Source: a virus (lineage: Duplodnaviria > Caudoviricetes). From it: DNA of 45,040 nucleotides. Made by a program: the position numbers and the translations under genes. The stretch lies in the IMG/VR virus record IMGVR_UViG_3300032290_001263, positions 1-45,040 of that record, one strand, 5' to 3'. Positions 1-10,376 of the stretch are shown piece by piece; the stretch's first letter is position 1, and each line of letters begins with the position of its first letter. The notes beneath the pieces were generated by a model that saw nothing but the letters and a program-made list of their open reading frames with translations, was not told the origin of the DNA and made no database searches.

Positions 1-252
1 AACTGACTGAAGATATAGTAATTTTTCACCATCGATTACTTTTTCTAAAGTAACTTCTACTTCGGAAACACTTTCTTCGTTAGCGTAAATTTCTAGCTGG
101 CCCAACTCGAAAATTTGTTCTAGTGTAAAGCTAGTGCTAATACCAACACTCTGAACGCCTTTCATTATAGCAAATTCAGAGGCTGATGCTGAGTTATGGC
201 CTGTTTTTGCAATTGCTACAGCTTGGCAGGCATAAAAAATTCTATTCGACAT
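1..252 (-). CDS. Probable major tail (tube) protein, 3' end beyond window
   Basis: Read manually: ATG at 252 with GGAG RBS, MSNRIFYACQAVAIAKTG...GVQSVGISTSFTLEQIFELGQLEIY, open to window edge; follows neck genes. Confidence 0.55.
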   Translation of the reverse strand, partial: MSNRIFYACQAVAIAKTGHNSASASEFAIMKGVQSVGISTSFTLEQIFELGQLEIYANEESVSEVEVTLEKVIDGEKLLYLQSV

Positions 253-281
253 TTAATTTTCTCCGTTAATAATGGGCTAGT

Positions 282-1217
282 TCAGTTGCCCCTAACTTCT
301 GTTGTGCATTTTATGGTTCCTAAAACTAAATCTTGGTTAATCTGATTAAGTTCCGGACTACCTGTATTAAATATATAACAATCTTTGTATTTAAAGTTTG
401 ATACTAACTGTGGGTACATGCCACTAGGTAAAGCTTGTGGACGTAAATAATTTGAAGCATCAAATGGATATACACCAGAAGATAAGGCATTGTTTGGATT
501 GAATAAATTAATACTTAAATCGTCTTGCTCTGCTATTATGTCTAACATATTTTTAGCTTCCCAAGCGTTTTTTGATATTACATAAAAAACTATATTGTTA
601 TGCATCCACTTACCGCCTCCAAGTTGGTACGGTTTTGTATTATGAACTGGCATAACATCAATAGCAATCGCCGGTAATTGAACTCTTTTTTCTCCAAATA
701 AAGCCCAATCGCCAGAACCTCTCATGGTAAATTGAGACGAATCAGATCTATTAGAGAGGCTTTGTACGTTTTTGAAAAATGGTAAATCGCTAGCTGGAAA
801 AACATTAACATATTTATGAGAATATGATATTCTCACGTTTGAGCTAACCGCCACAGGCGAATCAAATATAACCCTGCCGTTTTTATAGTCTACATTGAAT
901 CCAGATGTAGTATATGTATTATTTATATATACTCCCGTAGGAGATATCGGTGCACCTTTGGAAACTCCTGTCTCCCAAACCCAATTAGTTCTATTAGACT
1001 GCCATACTTTTCCGTCAGTATAATTAGGATCTTTAACAGAAACAAGCTTAGATTTATCATTTCCGTAAATACCTGTCGCCGGAGAGACTATGTTGTAAAA
1101 GCCTCCCTTATTTATAAAACCCCAATCATATCGCATGACAAAATTCTCAAGAAGTATATTGGTAAGCCCAAGATCTTGAGTATTGTTAAAGCCTTCTAAA
1201 TTAAGAGTGTCTGCCAT
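282..1217 (-). CDS. Virion neck / tail-completion protein (putative)
   Basis: 311 aa; position between head-tail joining genes and tail tube; C-terminal LPAIAID segment typical of tail terminators. Confidence 0.45.
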   Translation of the reverse strand: MADTLNLEGFNNTQDLGLTNILLENFVMRYDWGFINKGGFYNIVSPATGIYGNDKSKLVSVKDPNYTDGKVWQSNRTNWVWETGVSKGAPISPTGVYINNTYTTSGFNVDYKNGRVIFDSPVAVSSNVRISYSHKYVNVFPASDLPFFKNVQSLSNRSDSSQFTMRGSGDWALFGEKRVQLPAIAIDVMPVHNTKPYQLGGGKWMHNNIVFYVISKNAWEAKNMLDIIAEQDDLSINLFNPNNALSSGVYPFDASNYLRPQALPSGMYPQLVSNFKYKDCYIFNTGSPELNQINQDLVLGTIKCTTEVRGN

Positions 1218-1786
1218 GCTGCTTGCTGTATTTTTTGAGCGTTATTTTTTAAAGCTCTTGATATGAAATTATTGTCCTCAACACCAGAAAAAGCTGGGTC
1301 TATCATGAACGGAGTTATATTCTTGACCATTATAGCACCGCCTGTTCTGCCGACACCGTCTTTATATAATACCCCAAAATCGAGCATGATTATTTTATTG
1401 CCGTAAGTAAGAAGCCATTCAAGCCAAGGTATTTGACTGCCTGACTCAGAAGTTATTACCGCCTGCTCTAACGCCAACAGATTCTTGTAATTATAAGGTT
1501 GTATAGAAAGAGAAAAATTAAATACATACTGAGGCGAGTAGGAATACTGTAATCTCATAGTGTCAGCTACTGACCAAGCAATTAATAGGCTCGGGTCTAC
1601 TGATAAACCAAGATCATATTTTAACTTGCCAGATCGAACGGATTCCATTTCGGGCGATTCATAAATAGCATCTATTATGATAGGTTTTACGGCCTGCCTT
1701 ACTTTGTAGTAATTTTTGGATATTAATCCTTTGGCGTTTTCTCTGAGTTCTTTTATTATATGCTTTTTAAGACCTTGAAAACTCAT
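1196..1786 (-). CDS. Putative neck / tail-completion protein
   Basis: 196 aa; synteny; C-terminal NNFISRAL resembles HK97 gp10-like ends. Confidence 0.4.
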   Translation of the reverse strand: MSFQGLKKHIIKELRENAKGLISKNYYKVRQAVKPIIIDAIYESPEMESVRSGKLKYDLGLSVDPSLLIAWSVADTMRLQYSYSPQYVFNFSLSIQPYNYKNLLALEQAVITSESGSQIPWLEWLLTYGNKIIMLDFGVLYKDGVGRTGGAIMVKNITPFMIDPAFSGVEDNNFISRALKNNAQKIQQAAWQTLLI

Positions 1787-2286
1787 CTATTTTTTGTCCA
1801 TATAGATGTTATATATTTTACTGGATTGATAGCAAAACCAGTGTCTTCGGGCTGTCCATCTAGCATGTACCTTTCAGAAGTTTGGTTATATATTTCTGAA
1901 AACGGAGTCATGTATTTAGCCTGAACTATCTTAGAGAAAAAGTTAATACGACATACCAAAAGAAGAGACCCGTTAGGCATGTTCATGTTTTTAAATTTTT
2001 TATAAGCTTGTTCAGATGTATAAATTCTTCCGGGTATGTTTTCGGTTTTTTCTATTAGTTTATAGCCCTCGGCGTTGCAATAAGGGCACGGCATACCCGA
2101 CTCGAACGGTGCAGGCCCGCCCTGCTTATATTTTCCCGAGCTTTTATATGCCCCGAGAAATGCGTCAGGAACACAGTTAGGACATTCTTGCTTTATTTCA
2201 GGATATACTAACTGCACCTTTGTTTCAAGATGATCAGATACAGTGTTGTTAAAATCCTGAAAGTATGAATCGAATTTTTTTACCAT
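1783..2286 (-). CDS. Putative head-closure protein with Zn-binding CxxC pairs
   Basis: 167 aa; CPNC and CPYC motifs; directly after adaptor gene. Confidence 0.45.
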   Translation of the reverse strand: MVKKFDSYFQDFNNTVSDHLETKVQLVYPEIKQECPNCVPDAFLGAYKSSGKYKQGGPAPFESGMPCPYCNAEGYKLIEKTENIPGRIYTSEQAYKKFKNMNMPNGSLLLVCRINFFSKIVQAKYMTPFSEIYNQTSERYMLDGQPEDTGFAINPVKYITSIWTKNR

Positions 2287-2804
2287 GAGTTAGACCTATT
2301 TCTTGGTTCGTTACGTGTCCAATTCATCAAGAAGCTGCCCGGAGAATAAGGCCCGAGTATAGCTTCGCCAATACCAGAATATCCAGAAGGATTATTACTT
2401 CCGCATAATTGATATGTAGTAAGTAATTCTTCGTAAGTTTTACACATAGATTTCATTAATTCTATTGTGTTTTTTCCTCCTTCTGTATTATCTAATGATG
2501 ACGGGCCGTCTTTAATAACAACCGCATTTCCTCCCTTAGTTCTTGCTTCACCAGTAAGTATTATACATGATGCACGCATTACAGTAAGAAGAGAAAAGTC
2601 ATAATCATTTGTATCTACTGGGTCAGGCGTTATGCTTATATCGGAAGTATTTATAGAATAAGCATTAACAAATTTAGCCCGTTGGTTAACAGAATAAGCA
2701 GCATATGCTAAAACCTGTCTTAATCTAGAGTCAGTATAAGACTCTTCTTCGAAATCGCCTATTTCCGCACGAAGCATATTAACTAATTCTATATCCCAAG
2801 ACAT
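2280..2804 (-). CDS. Putative head-tail adaptor
   Basis: 174 aa; N-terminal LRAEIGD...YTDSRL pattern of adaptor proteins; synteny. Confidence 0.5.
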   Translation of the reverse strand: MSWDIELVNMLRAEIGDFEEESYTDSRLRQVLAYAAYSVNQRAKFVNAYSINTSDISITPDPVDTNDYDFSLLTVMRASCIILTGEARTKGGNAVVIKDGPSSLDNTEGGKNTIELMKSMCKTYEELLTTYQLCGSNNPSGYSGIGEAILGPYSPGSFLMNWTRNEPRNRSNSW

Positions 2805-2811
2805 TTTTCAC

Positions 2812-5721
2812 CTATGATTTTGGAGCATAAGAGACTTCTGCATAGCCCCAGCTTAGGACAGTGTCACCGCTGGTTATGTCTCTTAATGACCATAAATATG
2901 TTCCGATATTGTTTGTAACAGTAGTATTGATTCTTACTACAACGCCCGTTGAACTCTTGCCGATATCACCGTTAGCTATAACCAAAAGATTAGCCTTATT
3001 TTTTGTCTCCACAACAAACTCAAGTGTTTTTCCGGTTAAGTCTATCGGGCCGTTTTCGTCTTCCACAGTTATGAAAACATCAGTAACTTCTTGGAAGAAT
3101 AGCGATATGGTTTCAGACTCCACTCTCTTACGCATGTAAGACTGTATAGGAAGTATATTTGCATTAACAGTTACATTACCCGAGCCTCCACCGCCAGTTC
3201 CTGTTGGAGCTAAACTAAGTGCCGAAGCAGTCCATTTAGCGAGATTAGTTCCGGAACTTTGTATCATAGTAGCTAAGTCTTGGAATGTAGTGTATACAGC
3301 AGATGTTAATCTTGATAATATTGTTGAAGTATTTGAAAGTATGCTTTGAGAAGTTGATTCTAAGGATAAGCCAGACTTAATATCACTGATGGCATGTACG
3401 TGTAATAAAGGAGCTATTACAAATTGATCACCAACACTAGGAATGCCCGTAAATGCTTCTTCTACTACGATTTGGCCGTTAGAATTACTGTATGTAATGA
3501 TAGGTGAATTCTGCTCTGCTAATGTTCCGGTTAGCCATAACAGAACTGTGTGCTCTAAAGCCCCGGTTGGATAGTTCACTGTAGAAGAAAAAGTAGTATT
3601 AGTTGGTGTTGTAGCGGATGTTACTGTTCCCTCTATTAACGTGTTTGCCTTTTTCATTATGTCCATGAGCTTACCAAAGGTTCCAGCAGTGGTATGACCA
3701 GAATATGGTTCATCCCAAACATAATCAGCTATGGATTGATATGCTGTATTTTGTAACGATGTAACGTTTGTTACTGTAGGAATAGTAACGCCTGTCTGCA
3801 ATGCTTGTAATAAAAGCTTGCCTTGAGCATCTATTGCCATAGCAGCAAAGTTAGTCGGGAATACTTGGTTGATTACAGAGTTTACTCTTCCGGAGGTAAA
3901 AACAAACTGATCTGTTTGTGATTTAATGGCGAGTATTGAACTGTTGTCGGGCGAAACATAAGAAGCAGAAGCTAGTCTTGAAGATACTGTTACGTCAAGA
4001 TTACTTAAAGAGTTAAGCCTTACATCATTAGTAAGAAGTGGATTTGTAGGTATACTATTTACACTAGTTTGAGTAGCGGCTGTTTTTGCAGCATCATATA
4101 CAGATGTTAGGGCGTAGCCGGTTTTATCATTGTTTGTTGTTACTATAACACCATTAGATACGTTAGTAACAGTTGGTATAGTTACGCCTGTTTGTGTAGG
4201 TTGAAGAAGTAAACGCCCGGAAACATCAATACTCATAGAAGCGAAATTGGTCGGAAAAGCTTGAGTTAAAGCATATCCAGTTTTTCCTACGTTCCAATTG
4301 CCTTTATTGTCTAGGGCCGATGCAGCAATAGATGATGCGGTGATTACATTATTAGTTAATGAGCCTACATTTGAATCCATTCGACCGCTTACTAAGGCCG
4401 CAGGAATCCTAGATTGTATATTTTGAGTGTCTACTTCTATAGCGTCAACAACTGTTTTAATTGCTGCTATTTCTGTATCAACAAAATCATCTACAACATC
4501 AATCTTATCGCGAATAACATCTAAAATTCCAGAAGAAGGATCTAGAGGCACTGTTCCTGTGGTTGGAATTCCGAGTACGGCTCTTATAACTATTCTTTCG
4601 TCCGCAGTCCAATCAGTACCTCCACCACCACCACCTACAGGTGCTTGTTCTAGAGAGTTAGTAGTAAAGCGATAAACAAGTCCGTCTAGTTCTACCGTAG
4701 TATCGAGCTTGTCAGTGGTTGACTTAATAGCAGCGATTTCTGTATCTATAAAATTATCTATAGTATCAATTTTTGTATCTATAGCAGATAAAGCGGAAGA
4801 TGTAGCTAAGCCCGTCTGTATTTCTGTAACAGCGTCAGTAGCAATTGAAGAGGCAGTAATTACGTTAGCATTAATAGTCCCAACTGTAACTGCGTTTGTT
4901 AGATTTGTAACAGTAGGAATTGTTACACCAGTCTGTGCAGGCTGTAATAAAACTTTTCCGTTAGCATCTACAGAAAGAAGGGAAAAGTTTGCAGGAAACG
5001 CTTGTGATAAAGTATATCCTGTTTTATCATTATTTGTGCCTACTGTAACAGAAAAGCCAAATGCGGTTAACGTTCTTGTTGTTGCTCCCCATACTAACGA
5101 AGCAGGATCTTGGCCCGATGCATATCCACCAACAGTAACATTACCAGAAGCTAGTCTAGATGATATAGTGGCATCTAAATTATTCAATCTTGTATCATTA
5201 GTTAGTAGCGGATTTGTTGGTATGGCATTTACACTTATTTGCGATGCAGCAGTTTTTGCAGAATCATAAGCAGCCGTTAATGAAACACCACTAGCAGATG
5301 TAATATTAGTTGTACTTGCTATATCGGCAGGGAAATTGATAGTAGCAGACGCAGAAACAGACTGTCCGCCTATATTTATAACATTGGCATCTTCATTTCT
5401 ATTTTCTATAGAGAAGGTTCTTAAAATAGTTCTAGTTAAATCTACTCCGTCAACAGTACCTTGAGTAAACACAACATCATAATCATCACCAACAACATAG
5501 TCTGCCCCGGAAGTGTCTATTACTAATAAATATAAACCGGCCTTTGAGTCGTAGTTAGCTGATGGCTGAGTAATGCCAGTGGTTATTTCAGTTGTACTGT
5601 TTTTATATACCACAACCTGAGGAGCAATTGAAGCATCAGCAGGAACCATAGACTGGTCGAAAGTATTAAACTTTATCCTTATTGTTTGACCTTTTTTAAA
5701 GTCTCCAATATAATTATTCAT
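2812..5721 (-). CDS. Large repeat-rich virion fibre/appendage protein
   Basis: 969 aa, T/S/A/V-rich, internal repeats (FPxNF...QTGVTIPTVTN x3; AKTAAxQxSVNxIPTNPLLTND x2), poly-Gly linkers. Confidence 0.55.
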   Translation of the reverse strand: MNNYIGDFKKGQTIRIKFNTFDQSMVPADASIAPQVVVYKNSTTEITTGITQPSANYDSKAGLYLLVIDTSGADYVVGDDYDVVFTQGTVDGVDLTRTILRTFSIENRNEDANVINIGGQSVSASATINFPADIASTTNITSASGVSLTAAYDSAKTAASQISVNAIPTNPLLTNDTRLNNLDATISSRLASGNVTVGGYASGQDPASLVWGATTRTLTAFGFSVTVGTNNDKTGYTLSQAFPANFSLLSVDANGKVLLQPAQTGVTIPTVTNLTNAVTVGTINANVITASSIATDAVTEIQTGLATSSALSAIDTKIDTIDNFIDTEIAAIKSTTDKLDTTVELDGLVYRFTTNSLEQAPVGGGGGGTDWTADERIVIRAVLGIPTTGTVPLDPSSGILDVIRDKIDVVDDFVDTEIAAIKTVVDAIEVDTQNIQSRIPAALVSGRMDSNVGSLTNNVITASSIAASALDNKGNWNVGKTGYALTQAFPTNFASMSIDVSGRLLLQPTQTGVTIPTVTNVSNGVIVTTNNDKTGYALTSVYDAAKTAATQTSVNSIPTNPLLTNDVRLNSLSNLDVTVSSRLASASYVSPDNSSILAIKSQTDQFVFTSGRVNSVINQVFPTNFAAMAIDAQGKLLLQALQTGVTIPTVTNVTSLQNTAYQSIADYVWDEPYSGHTTAGTFGKLMDIMKKANTLIEGTVTSATTPTNTTFSSTVNYPTGALEHTVLLWLTGTLAEQNSPIITYSNSNGQIVVEEAFTGIPSVGDQFVIAPLLHVHAISDIKSGLSLESTSQSILSNTSTILSRLTSAVYTTFQDLATMIQSSGTNLAKWTASALSLAPTGTGGGGSGNVTVNANILPIQSYMRKRVESETISLFFQEVTDVFITVEDENGPIDLTGKTLEFVVETKNKANLLVIANGDIGKSSTGVVVRINTTVTNNIGTYLWSLRDITSGDTVLSWGYAEVSYAPKS

Positions 5722-5724
5722 TAC

Positions 5725-6381
5725 TTATCCTATATATTGATTTATTAATGGCGTTTTTTTTGATGCAGAGCCAGTTATTCCATAAACTTCCGATTCTACT
5801 AACGAAAGTACGAATGTTCTCCATAATGAAGATGTAGTAATCGAAGTAGTCAACGCTGAAAAAAATGTGGTTCTATTGAGTTGATAATGAAATCTTGTCT
5901 GCCAAAGAGACGAATCTGTTGCTGATAATCCGAGAGTAAATCCGGTAGGTGTGTTTATCGTATTTGTAGCATTCCTATTTAAAGTCCAAGCAACTAAAGC
6001 CTGATTAGTAGCACCAGTCTGAAATGTATTGGCTGTCTGAACGCCATAGCTAATCGTAACGCTTGTAGCAGAAGCGGTGGATATATAATTAGGAAAAATT
6101 AAGCTATTAGGAGATCCTCTCCATACAGTTGCATAAATTTGATCGGCATTAGTCCAGTTTCCTATATTTTCAGAAGAACTTTGCGCATATTTATAGCCAA
6201 TCAACAAAGAGCCGTTTGAAATAGATAAAGATACACGAGTAACCCAACCAGTAGGTAGTGTAGGCACTGTAGCTGAATTATCATTGTATGCAAATACAAG
6301 TAATAAATCTCCGGCAGAATGACTGCCAAGATCTACTGTTGCAGCATTAGCTGTTACTCCGCTTATGTAGCTTATTGCCAT
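5725..6381 (-). CDS. Hypothetical virion-associated protein (T/S-rich, beta-rich)
   Basis: 218 aa in structural operon; AGDLLLVF...TLPTGW pattern. Confidence 0.45.
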   Translation of the reverse strand: MAISYISGVTANAATVDLGSHSAGDLLLVFAYNDNSATVPTLPTGWVTRVSLSISNGSLLIGYKYAQSSSENIGNWTNADQIYATVWRGSPNSLIFPNYISTASATSVTISYGVQTANTFQTGATNQALVAWTLNRNATNTINTPTGFTLGLSATDSSLWQTRFHYQLNRTTFFSALTTSITTSSLWRTFVLSLVESEVYGITGSASKKTPLINQYIG

Positions 6382-6881
6382 AACTTAGGCTCCGTTTCCG
6401 GATTTCCATCCCATAATGTTAACGCTTCTCTATATGCCTGAACTTTATCTAAAACAACTTCTATTTTTAAATCCTTTAAATCTTGCAATTTTATATTTTT
6501 TATAATTTGCTTAACTTCTTGATTAGTAGTAGATATATTAAACTTTTCTAGAATAGAGATATTTCGTTTTACAGTCATTGCAAGAGCAGCCATTCCGGGC
6601 ACGCCTATGCTATGTAAATAATATAAAGCGTTCTGTACGTCTTCTTTACTTAGATTAATGCCTTTACCGCCTAATTGGTGAACAGCCCAACCCATTCCAC
6701 CGTTAGTTAATGCTATTCTTAATTCTTCTGCCCCTTGATTGCCAACGACTTCGGCAATACCTGCCCAAGTCCAAGGATCTTCGTCTAAATGTAAAACATT
6801 CTTTAAGTTTAATATATTCCAGATTTCTGAATCGTTAAGATTATTATAGTCTAATCCTTTTATAATATCTGTTAAATTCAT
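6372..6881 (-). CDS. Hypothetical protein
   Basis: 169 aa, overlaps or abuts neighbours in operon. Confidence 0.6.
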   Translation of the reverse strand: MNLTDIIKGLDYNNLNDSEIWNILNLKNVLHLDEDPWTWAGIAEVVGNQGAEELRIALTNGGMGWAVHQLGGKGINLSKEDVQNALYYLHSIGVPGMAALAMTVKRNISILEKFNISTTNQEVKQIIKNIKLQDLKDLKIEVVLDKVQAYREALTLWDGNPETEPKLWQ

Positions 6882-6884
6882 TTT

Positions 6885-7355
6885 TTACCTGTATATTAAA
6901 TTTAATGTTACTTCATTTGCAGAAGGAGCGGTATTATCGGCATCGGCAACTCCGGTAGTAGCCCTGACGGAAATACCTATAGAGAAAAAAAGCATAGGTG
7001 TGTCTTCTCTAACGTTAACAGATCCGTTTGCCGGAACAGTTATTGTCATTACGGGCACATCTGATTGAGTAGCGGCAGTTGCTTTATTATATATCTTGAG
7101 ATATCTAGGTGTAGCTGCTGTATTAGTTACTATAAAGCCATAAATGCTTCCGGGCCTGTCTTTAACTACTTGGCCGACATTTAATAAGCTTATGTTTCTA
7201 TAATTTGTTGGATAAGGGAGAAGTTGTTCGGCGGTTCCTATGATAACACCGACTTCTTCACCAAGAGCTTTGTTGTAAAAGCCTGTAGGTTGAGCACTGA
7301 TTGCAATGCCACCGGCTTTATATGGATTTGCTGATATAATTTTTTGAAAAGTCAT
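6885..7355 (-). CDS. Hypothetical virion protein
   Basis: 156 aa with AGGAG RBS, downstream of capsid terminator. Confidence 0.55.
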   Translation of the reverse strand: MTFQKIISANPYKAGGIAISAQPTGFYNKALGEEVGVIIGTAEQLLPYPTNYRNISLLNVGQVVKDRPGSIYGFIVTNTAATPRYLKIYNKATAATQSDVPVMTITVPANGSVNVREDTPMLFFSIGISVRATTGVADADNTAPSANEVTLNLIYR

Positions 7356-7422
7356 TTTTTATTCTCCTAATGAAATATACTCTATAGCTAAAGAGTATAA
7401 GCTAAACACTCCGGAAGTTTGC

Positions 7423-7452
7423 AAAAAAAAACGGGCCGAAGCCCGTTTTTTT
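7423..7452. terminator. Intrinsic (bidirectional-type) terminator after major capsid gene
   Basis: A-run, ACGGGC-CGAA-GCCCGT, T-run. Confidence 0.85.
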
Positions 7453-7466
7453 ATAGCCTTAGAAGA

Positions 7467-8459
7467 CTAGAATGATCCAGCGATTACTCTTCGCCCGTCC
7501 AAAACTCCAAAACCGAGTTCTGCCCAAGCATAATAACCTTGACGCTGTGACCTGTGTAAAGTTTCGTCTTCAAAAATTTGAACAGGAAGCTTAACAGGCA
7601 TGATGAACGAGTCGTTAGACGCAGAGTCTACACCGATAACAAGTTCAGTATCGCCAGAACCGAGTGATCCACCTAAGTCAGAGATAAAGTAATCTTGATA
7701 CTCTTGACCATCACCGAGTTCAAATAGGTCGTGAAGTGTAACTCCATAGATTCTTGTCAAAGGAGCACCGCTATCAGCAGCTTGATATACTTCTCGTCTG
7801 GAAGTGTCGTCTAATTGATCGATGCCCCAGTTGCGAATATCTTCTACGCCTTCAATTGAAGTGTAAAGATCGGTAAGTCTACCACGGCTTGAAACACTGT
7901 TCCCGCCCGCATTTCTACGCATAACAGTCTTCATAAGAGATAAAAGTCTCTTGGTTAATTGACCGTTAGCAGCGTCAGCGTCATAAACAAGGATGTTTCT
8001 ATCAGCAACTGCCGCGAGTACGGTATGCCAAGCATCGTCGTTCATTTTCTTGACGAAAGAATCTTCTAAGACGCTCATTGCTCTACCAAGAATGTCCCAG
8101 TTGGCTTTTCTAGCGTAAGAAAGCAAGAAGTCGATTGAAGAAGAAACGCTATATGTAGCAATTCTTACATAATCACTCTCAACTGAACGCTGTGGAATAT
8201 ATCCGTGGCCGGGATTGGTATAAGCAACGTGCTGGCTTTCAGTTCCCGGTGCCAATAGATCTAACGGAAATTCGTCAGTTCCATCGGTTGAAGGAGTGAA
8301 TAAGTTAATATCGCCAGCCATAATTCCCTGACGAAGAGGAAGCTCTAAAGCTTTAGCGATTTCTCGCTGTGCTGAAATAGCAACTGTCTTATCAGGATCG
8401 CCGGAACGTGCATAAAGTTCCAACATTTCAGGTGAAGGGGCTTGTCTAGCTTTTCCCAT
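7467..8459 (-). CDS. Major capsid protein (HK97 fold, inferred)
   Basis: 330 aa; order portal-protease-decoration-capsid; GGAG RBS; followed by terminator; C-terminal GYYAWAELGFGVLD. Confidence 0.75.
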   Translation of the reverse strand: MGKARQAPSPEMLELYARSGDPDKTVAISAQREIAKALELPLRQGIMAGDINLFTPSTDGTDEFPLDLLAPGTESQHVAYTNPGHGYIPQRSVESDYVRIATYSVSSSIDFLLSYARKANWDILGRAMSVLEDSFVKKMNDDAWHTVLAAVADRNILVYDADAANGQLTKRLLSLMKTVMRRNAGGNSVSSRGRLTDLYTSIEGVEDIRNWGIDQLDDTSRREVYQAADSGAPLTRIYGVTLHDLFELGDGQEYQDYFISDLGGSLGSGDTELVIGVDSASNDSFIMPVKLPVQIFEDETLHRSQRQGYYAWAELGFGVLDGRRVIAGSF

Positions 8460-8490
8460 TTTTTTTCTCCAATTTAATATTTTAATTTAA

Positions 8491-8970
8491 TTATTGTCTA
8501 CGGGTTACAGGTAAATTGATTTCCACTTTCGCGTAACCATCTTGGTCAACGCTACTCATCCACATTCCAAGAACAGGAAGAGTAGCACCGCTGACAAGAT
8601 CGCTTGCTGCTAAGTTTCCGCTAGCTGCGACGAAAGCGTTAGCACCTGCTGTTGGTGCAGTACCTTGAATTCGGTTCGTAACAACCCATCCCTTACGAAG
8701 AATAGTTACCTTGTTTCCTCGTTGGACTTCATTCTTGTATGGATTAAGTTTCTGACGGGTTAAGTCAATATTAACAACATCATTTAAAAGAATCCCCATC
8801 GGAACTTTACCGGATGGATTAGCAGCATATTCTACTAATGCCTGCCCCTGATCCAATGCCGCTCCTGAACCACCTGTGACTAAGCACACCATTCCGCCTC
8901 TTTCGGCTACTTGGTTCATGAAGAAGCTAATGTCTGTATCTTTTTCGTGTCTATCTGCTTTTAAAGCCAT
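8491..8970 (-). CDS. Capsid decoration/cement protein (putative)
   Basis: 159 aa Gly-rich, immediately upstream of capsid gene. Confidence 0.55.
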   Translation of the reverse strand: MALKADRHEKDTDISFFMNQVAERGGMVCLVTGGSGAALDQGQALVEYAANPSGKVPMGILLNDVVNIDLTRQKLNPYKNEVQRGNKVTILRKGWVVTNRIQGTAPTAGANAFVAASGNLAASDLVSGATLPVLGMWMSSVDQDGYAKVEINLPVTRRQ

Positions 8971-8981
8971 TTTATTCTCCG

Positions 8982-10352
8982 TTAGTTAGATTTTAAAGTT
9001 TTTAAAACGTTTGTGTTAAACCATGAAGCAACATCTTCACGTAGGTTTGTAGGGGTAGATTCTCCGGCAACATCATTAACAGAAGCCTTTGCCTTATCAA
9101 CTTCTACTTCTACTTGTATATCTTGAGAAGCCTTGGTTTTGTCTTCTTCAACCATTTTCTTTGCGGCTTTCTTTTTCATCATGGCCACAATTTTATCGAA
9201 GGCTTCATCTTCTAATGAATCAGTAGATGCTAAGGTTACTTCTAAGTCTTCTTCATCAAGACCGGCATCAGCTAGCGAAGCCTTACGCTTAGCCATTTTC
9301 TGCTCTTTCTTCATCTTATCCATTTCTGATTGCATATCATTTTTCTTACTTACAGCTTCAGCTAAATCTAAACTAGCTTTTGATAACTGCTCTTGCAATG
9401 AAGCTATATCTAACTTTAACTGTGCAACAGAACCTTCTAATGTTTCAGCTTGTGTCTTGAAATTAGTTAGGCTATCAATAGTTTCTTTAGCTTTAGCTAA
9501 TTCTGCCTTTACACTGTCTAGTTCTTGGCTTAAATCGACGGACATATTATTTTCTCCTGATATTGATTTTTCTTCTAAGGCAATAACTTCTTCAGTTTCT
9601 GCCTGATCTTCATTAGTAATTATTTTTGTTATAACGCTTTTTGGATTAGCAGGTTTATTAACAAGACCCATTCCAGAAAACGTAATATTTCTTAAAACTC
9701 TACCAACGCTATAACCTTGGTATACACCATCACCACCATATGCTCTTAAATACTTAGATAAATATGCTGTTGCTTCACTTCTGGATATAAGTTTTTTCTC
9801 ACCTGCTTGAGACTTTAGTTCATAATCAAAGTTTGGAAATAAACATTCCATTGAAACAAACCATTTACCTTCTTTTATTCCTTCTATTATACTTCTTGCT
9901 CTTTCTGCGAGCTTTGGATCAGACCAACTGGTATAAATTACTGATCCGACATGTATATTAAATTCTTTTGGAACTTGATCCGGAAACATAGAATCATAAG
10001 GAACTTCATTTCCCACGCTATCAAGAATGTAGTTTCCGGTTATATGACCAAATATATCTTTTTCATCATGCATGAAATTGAATTGTTTATCTTCTGCTGT
10101 AGATCTAGCAGGCCACAATTCTTCTGGATAAAAAACATCATCATTGTTATTCCAGCCCGTGCTAACTAAGATGCTTTCCATATAGAAAAGATCTATTTGA
10201 TTTGAATTAGCTGATGCTGAACTAACCTCGAAAGGTCTTTTTATTTTTGGTCTAGTGGACTCTCTAGCTAAAGATAAATAAGCTATGGAATTATTGTTAG
10301 CAATAATTTCGCCAAGTCCATCAGATATTTCTTGTGCATATACTTTTATCAT
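8982..10352 (-). CDS. Prohead protease-scaffold fusion (putative)
   Basis: N-terminal FNFMHD...GHI, VSMEC, FSGMGLVNKPANP protease-like motifs; C-terminal long acidic/Lys coiled coil. Confidence 0.65.
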   Translation of the reverse strand: MIKVYAQEISDGLGEIIANNNSIAYLSLARESTRPKIKRPFEVSSASANSNQIDLFYMESILVSTGWNNNDDVFYPEELWPARSTAEDKQFNFMHDEKDIFGHITGNYILDSVGNEVPYDSMFPDQVPKEFNIHVGSVIYTSWSDPKLAERARSIIEGIKEGKWFVSMECLFPNFDYELKSQAGEKKLISRSEATAYLSKYLRAYGGDGVYQGYSVGRVLRNITFSGMGLVNKPANPKSVITKIITNEDQAETEEVIALEEKSISGENNMSVDLSQELDSVKAELAKAKETIDSLTNFKTQAETLEGSVAQLKLDIASLQEQLSKASLDLAEAVSKKNDMQSEMDKMKKEQKMAKRKASLADAGLDEEDLEVTLASTDSLEDEAFDKIVAMMKKKAAKKMVEEDKTKASQDIQVEVEVDKAKASVNDVAGESTPTNLREDVASWFNTNVLKTLKSN

Positions 10353-10376
10353 AATATTCCAATCTTAAATACGCAA

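Noticed and set aside
2861-5269. Plus-strand ORFs 2861-3139, 4427-4675, 4709-5269 (and similar ORFs antisense to protease, portal, terminase, gmd)
   Set aside because: Antisense shadows of long minus-strand genes; no RBS or recognisable motifs.
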